The notes under the pieces were generated by a model. It searched no databases and was not told where the DNA came from. It worked only from the letters and a program-made list of their open reading frames with translations. Below, piece by piece: positions 60,501 through 64,000 of a stretch of DNA of 64,000 bases. Location of the stretch: NCBI GenBank assembly GCA_039621445.1, contig CP154954.1, positions 11,278,716-11,342,715 of the forward strand. The letters are read 5' to 3'. The position numbers and the translations under genes were made by a program. Source of the stretch: Euglena gracilis (lineage: Eukaryota). Every line of letters starts with the position of its first letter. Within the stretch, counting starts at the first letter, position 1.

Positions 60501-62126
60501 CAAGGTATCGTGGGCTGGCAAGCCTGGTACCTCGATGATGCCCACATCATGGGCACGCCGGAACAGCTCGAAAGGGCAGTACGGCTGATCCTGAACGAGG
60601 GACCACAGATTGGTGTGGGACTCAACCTGACAAAGTGCAAACTCTGGGGGCCTGCATTTGTTGCTCGTGGAGAAGGCCTGCTTCAGGGCATCCCAGTGGA
60701 ACCTTTCACACCCGGCTCTGGCATCCGTGCGCTAGGAGTGCCCGTCTGCCACCCGGCAGGACGCCCGGACTTTGCCACTGTCCTTTGGGAGGAGCGCCTC
60801 TCGGGAGTCCGGAAAGCGTGCGACCTGCTGCAATTGCTGCCGTCGCCGCACCTACAGTTCACGGTGCTCAGGCAATGCCTTGATGCATGCAAAGTAAACG
60901 ACCTGCTTCGAACCACACACCTCTCGGGAGCCAAGGCGCCATGCCATTCCTTTGCCACTCTCCTTCGGGACACAATGTCCGTCATCACCGCTCGCCCGCT
61001 GGATGATAAACAGTGGGCACAAGCCTCCCTGCCAGTCCGCCTGGGGGGGCTCGGGATCCGAGACCCAGAGGTATCCAGAGCACCGGCAAGGTGGGCGGCC
61101 ATCCTTGACTTCCTCTCACGAGCGGATAGCACTCTGTGCCTACCCGAGGGTTGCCCCCAGCTCCCACGGGATTACGGAGAGACGGGCTTGGTGGTCTCGG
61201 GCCTTACCAAAGGGGTGGCGCCTGTGGGTGACCTCCTAACGGACCCAAGCAAGGTGAGTTCCTTGTCTCCCTCAATGGTGAGACAAAAGTGGTGGACAGA
61301 TGAGGTCCTCAAGGTCCGGGCGGACCTGCTTTTGGCTGGCCTTGTTGGAAATGACGCGGTCCGTTTCGCATGCCAGCGGAGGCCGCACGCCATGGCGTGG
61401 GCAGCGGTCAACCCCTCTGCCCCCCTGAAGACCCTCATCCCACCGGCAGAATTCAGAGCCCTGACTCAGTGGTCATTGGGATGCCAAGTTTGCCCCACAA
61501 CGACAGATGGCTCCTTGCCGGAATGTCCCCGTTGCCACCAACAAATGGATGTTGGAGGAAACCACCTTGTCTGCTGCCCCAAAAACAACACTTTGCGGCG
61601 ACATGGTGCCCTCCAGACGTTCGTTTTGGACCTGGCGAGAAGGGCCGGTTTCATGGCTCGACGAGAAGAGGTGGCTGACAACCGGACAAGACCCGGAGAT
61701 GTCTTCATCACGAGGTTCGACGCGGACGGACCTGCAGCAGTGGATGTCACGGTCCGCCACCCGTTGCAACCAGCAAACCCGGTCTCCTCAAAGGACGCCT
61801 TAGCACGGTGGCACGAACTACAAAAGGGAGACAAAGAACGCAAGTATGCAGCCACCTGCGAACGGCTGGGATGGACGTTCATCCCGTTTGTGGTTGATTG
61901 CTTCGGAGGGATGGGGGAGCGAGCGGCAGGATTCATATCCAAGTGCCTCCGCACTGTGTTGGCGCAGACCGATGTTCCTCAACGACGATCGTCAGAGGCC
62001 ACGGTATGGCAAGCGCTGAGTCTAACGTTGGCCAGGGAATTGGCTCGCCAGCTGGCTTGGGGGGCAGTGGCGGAGCCATCAGGCGACGTTGATCTCACTA
62101 CCCACACCCCATATGCCACGGAGTAA
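57540..62126 (+). CDS. Non-LTR polyprotein: low-complexity N-terminus, two 2A-like motifs, RT, CCHC finger, restriction-like endonuclease (first ATG 57549)
   Basis: SAAGPSG, RPIAAGETLRRL, LDFSNAFN, GVQQGDP, YLDD; CPRC...HLVCC, RH, RPGD, AVDVTV, KERKY, FIPFVVDCFG. Intact 1528 codons. Confidence 0.95.
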   Translation: MFTMEPKELKQNAAEVEPIMAPTTAAAGTATTTTICPIMLNILIINVVLAHVFCISQIQIHMVEGKNMQRASNSQQHLSAKNLQQGETQPPSTTDPRHYIFVPGPGTSCAPSSPPEESSPVCPGELAQEFSPVVPAQGFSPSATAREPNPGVPAQHSTPLLPTGGATPEGSTQNFSPGGSTQQEVSQTFGLQCQCYNPAALDVKTFQLKLSAFLLRFSSTQHLTDIGPKAPIQQPSSRQHCTGDLADVAAGPERSNPCQQPCASALAGIESAAPNGQQGEIQPPSRQHSHKTRTRTYNRSPASAAHPDQTQKTGQTVDIASRHVPGAKKPCLFSALRNSLALSYHCRSGRGDDILTSGDVEANPGPTPLADPPTGSMDIDLTTDPTRAVGFLLATTPVPPSALGPLEETSTQDARDLQQLLQTLLSRPPPEAALPIDGPRATTRAPSQPWGISDRGPGLTGRGGLPSCGDIEENPGPRTGWPKRGRKHSRPAQNIDTGACLGPEISVAIDVDDAAPAPAASSAPLQGAMDTDGPTLPFVPGCRREGTPLSQPCPLLEPTWDAISHDLRGTIAHIPRGAVQAVAQMYAILLRDYNQRPSWESLHALWCMPKAVLAPLARAGRNHWAQLGKAIGTRARAYLLQPVATSWQQSQKPAANPVSSVSTRSAASRAEEVQTERFIRRMETLVARGAVGKACQLLLSEGVQDAAHPAVRERLHRMHPTEAEPGRGSTSRWKPLSRSDDVGDDRRMVKHAVRSFGPESAAGPSGLRPEHLKALLSDEAGGSAEDVLDELTEFVFGCVLGGIPNGAAQVMCAARLTPLRKTKTGTGAPTDPVGKTSPEDEGTRPIAAGETLRRLVAKVLMCHPEVRRSLATALPQQLGVGVPDACALIGMGIQQLVDGLSHVGKTDWGLLQLDFSNAFNCISRENLLAEVAERCPPLLPWLESCYARHSQLYLGKTSLRSKSGVQQGDPCGPAAFALGIQSLLDKLQGIVGWQAWYLDDAHIMGTPEQLERAVRLILNEGPQIGVGLNLTKCKLWGPAFVARGEGLLQGIPVEPFTPGSGIRALGVPVCHPAGRPDFATVLWEERLSGVRKACDLLQLLPSPHLQFTVLRQCLDACKVNDLLRTTHLSGAKAPCHSFATLLRDTMSVITARPLDDKQWAQASLPVRLGGLGIRDPEVSRAPARWAAILDFLSRADSTLCLPEGCPQLPRDYGETGLVVSGLTKGVAPVGDLLTDPSKVSSLSPSMVRQKWWTDEVLKVRADLLLAGLVGNDAVRFACQRRPHAMAWAAVNPSAPLKTLIPPAEFRALTQWSLGCQVCPTTTDGSLPECPRCHQQMDVGGNHLVCCPKNNTLRRHGALQTFVLDLARRAGFMARREEVADNRTRPGDVFITRFDADGPAAVDVTVRHPLQPANPVSSKDALARWHELQKGDKERKYAATCERLGWTFIPFVVDCFGGMGERAAGFISKCLRTVLAQTDVPQRRSSEATVWQALSLTLARELARQLAWGAVAEPSGDVDLTTHTPYATE
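58614..58637 (+). other. 2A-like ribosomal skipping motif 1 (GRGDDILTSG-DVEANPGP)
   Basis: Exact D(V/I)ExNPGP consensus, in frame. Confidence 0.85.
58947..58970 (+). other. 2A-like ribosomal skipping motif 2 (GRGGLPSCG-DIEENPGP)
   Basis: Exact consensus, in frame; close to T2A (EGRGSLLTCGDVEENPGP). Confidence 0.85.
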
Positions 62127-62625
62127 AAAAGGGGGGGTCAGGGCGAACACCATGTAAACACCTGCGGCCGCTGAGGCCAAGCCAGGCAGCCTACACCGGC
62201 CACCAAGGGCCGGTATTATTGGCTTTGTCCCGATGACACAACATGGTAAGCACACCTGAGAGAAAGCCGAAAGGCCAGACGAACCCGAAACCTCCATTGA
62301 GCACACCGGGGAACAGCCTGCCCCCAACAAGGCCACCCCACCCCGCCTGCTCCCTGCCACCTCACCCCTCGGGCCCTGGCCCCCACATGGCCGATTCTGG
62401 GTTCACCTGACCACCTTACCCTGAGACTGTCGCTTCTGTACATAGCCTTACCCCCTGAACACGTCAAATCCAGTAGGCAGTGCCACTGGTCGGTGGACTT
62501 GGTTCGCCCCACCACCGTAGCGTAGTTTAACCCCGACTTTCTGCAGAGCATGGAATAGTACTATCTAGCATGACGTTGTACATTCTGCAGACTACTTCTA
62601 TGCATAGTGTCATGTTCGTGCTGCC

Positions 62626-63101
62626 TGGTACACAGTGTGCAGTGATTGGGGGGTCAATGTTGGAGGGGGCCTTTTCAGGCCCATAGCCTTTTTTTGCCAC
62701 TGGCTGGTTTGTGGGGGCCTTTTCAGGCCAAAAGACTGGGGGGGCCTTTTCTGGCCCGGTGGCTGGAGGGGCCTTTTCAGGCCCATTAGCAGGACCAGGG
62801 CCTTTTCAGGCAAGAGGCCCGGTTGAGGGGGCCTTTTCATGCCCAATACAGCACATAGAAGCAAGACCAAAAAGGGCTGAGAAGGCCAAGAACTTCAACC
62901 GCACGTTGAACTGCTCGAGCTGGAGTTCTTGTATGTCTTGTCTTGAGCTTGTACTTGTGCTTGACTTCTATTTCTGCCTGCACCAGCAGGACTTCTTCTG
63001 CCTGCACCAGCAGGACTTGTAAGTAACTTCGATGATATTTGAACTCTTAACTTGGATATTGACCCCACCTGGGGCTTTCAATTGTCCGCCATGTATTATG
63101 T
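62626..63101 (-). mobile_element. 5' fragment of a second SL-linked element (KRPPQ repeat ORF 62610-62870)
   Basis: Follows the minus-strand SL copy. Its start CACATAATACATGGCGGACAA resembles CACATGAACATGTCTGACAA after the plus-strand SL. Confidence 0.5.
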
Positions 63102-63125
63102 GAAAAAAATAGACACTCAGAAAGT
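63102..63125 (-). ncRNA. Second SL exon copy (7 T, lacks final G)
   Basis: ACTTTCTGAGTGTCTATTTTTTTC, preceded by CACAAGC like the first copy. Confidence 0.8.
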
Positions 63126-63127
63126 GC

Positions 63128-63546
63128 TTGTGGAGCTACACTCCGCCATGGGACACTAGCCCTAGGGTTCGCCTTGCCTCAGCTCCTGACGCTTGGCGAT
63201 GGTGTGCTTGATAGGGGTGGCTTGTCCTGGCGCCGAAGTGGAAATCAGCAACCAGAGGCTTGACCCTGGCGTGCCTGATGGGTAAGGGCCGGTGAACCAT
63301 CGGTTCACCAGCGGTTGCCTACCTGACCTGTCACGATTAAACCATTGCGGCTTTGGCCGAGCAGTAACACTAATCGGAACTTCCCGCCGTACGGCGGCCA
63401 TTCCTGACTGGCAGCCCCGCAAACCATGGTTGGTTCAAGTCCTGTGCACTCCCGACTTGAAGTTTAGCTTATAGGGACTCGAACCCGCGCGTCCAGAAGA
63501 TTGCACCGATCGCAGCCGGCCATATGTCTGGTGGATTAACACAGGA
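63128..63546 (-). mobile_element. 419-bp non-coding SINE-like insert between SL-derived 13-bp direct repeats
   Basis: GCACTTTCTGAGT at 63559-63547 and 63127-63115; B-box-like GGTTCGAGTCC at 63485-63475. Confidence 0.55.
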
Positions 63547-63559
63547 ACTCAGAAAGTGC

Positions 63560-64000
63560 ATGAAAAACGCGGTGGTGGGGCGAACCGAATCCACCGACCA
63601 CTGGCACAGCCTACTGGGTTTGAGTGTGCAGGAGAGAGGGAGGCTATATACAGATAGGGAAGCCCCATGGATACTCAGAGGGGTTACAATGCCCCCCATA
63701 TTGTACCCCCCCATAATGTACCCCCCATGGGGTACCCCCCCACCATGGACCATGACCTTGGCCCCGCCCATATTGTACCCCCCCCCATAATGTACCTCCC
63801 CGCCAGAAAATGGCTCCCAGGGGGGTACAATATGGGGGGGGCATGGTAAGCAGAGGCTGAGGGCGGTTTGGTTGCCGTGGACCCCGGGGGAGCGAGTGGC
63901 GGGGGTGTGTAGGGCAAGGCTGGTCGAGGTTCAGGGCGGCTCCTCTCATTCGATTGGTTCGAGTATTGGGGAGATGTGGTGGCGGTGCGTGGCTGCGGTT
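63560..64000 (-). mobile_element. 3' UTR of another CRE-like copy, running off the window end
   Basis: 63560-63656 is a diverged inverted copy of about 62432-62530 and abuts SL nt 1-11. Confidence 0.7.
63687..63846. mobile_element. 160-bp MITE with TA target duplication
   Basis: TIRs C(A/C)ATGCCCCCC..ATATTGTACCCCC flanked by TA on both sides; internal repeats of the same motif. Confidence 0.65.

Larger units (their letters stand above)
57195..62541 (+). mobile_element. CRE/SLACS-like non-LTR retrotransposon, apparently full length
   Basis: 10-bp TSD TGCAGAGCAT (57185-57194 and 62542-62551); single RT-RLE ORF; SL exon at the 5' end and ACTTTC(TG) at the 3' end. Confidence 0.88.

Noticed and set aside
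63128-63546. 5S rRNA gene (linked to SL genes in Euglena)
   Set aside because: No convincing 5S similarity seen on either strand.

Overview
Eukaryotic, gene-free nest of retroelements. The host is probably a euglenid, since an exact copy of the 26-nt Euglena-type spliced-leader (SL) exon lies at 57202-57227. From left to right: (1) a decayed DIRS-type tyrosine-recombinase retrotransposon (<1-11512) whose Dam-like methyltransferase is split by a young 5.8-kb non-autonomous LTR element (4095-9885, TSD ATGG); (2) three copies of a ~4.85-kb repeat ending in a doubled tRNA-iMet PBS and leading into a decayed Ty3/gypsy element (to 36111), facing an internally deleted relative on the minus strand; (3) inserted in that relative, a near-intact 13.8-kb Ty3/gypsy element (36930-50773) whose Pol begins with two DNA methyltransferase domains, a DIRS-type N6-adenine (NPPY) and a C5-cytosine (FxGxG/PC/ENP) domain, ahead of PR-RT-RH-IN-chromodomain; (4) MITE-like debris, then an intact CRE/SLACS-like RT + restriction-like-endonuclease non-LTR element (57195-62541) bracketed by SL sequence and carrying two T2A-like ribosomal-skipping motifs, followed by more SL-linked fragments on the minus strand. 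The dual-methyltransferase gypsy element and the SL-linked double-2A element are the best candidates for new biology. All domain calls come from motif recognition by eye; no database searches were run.
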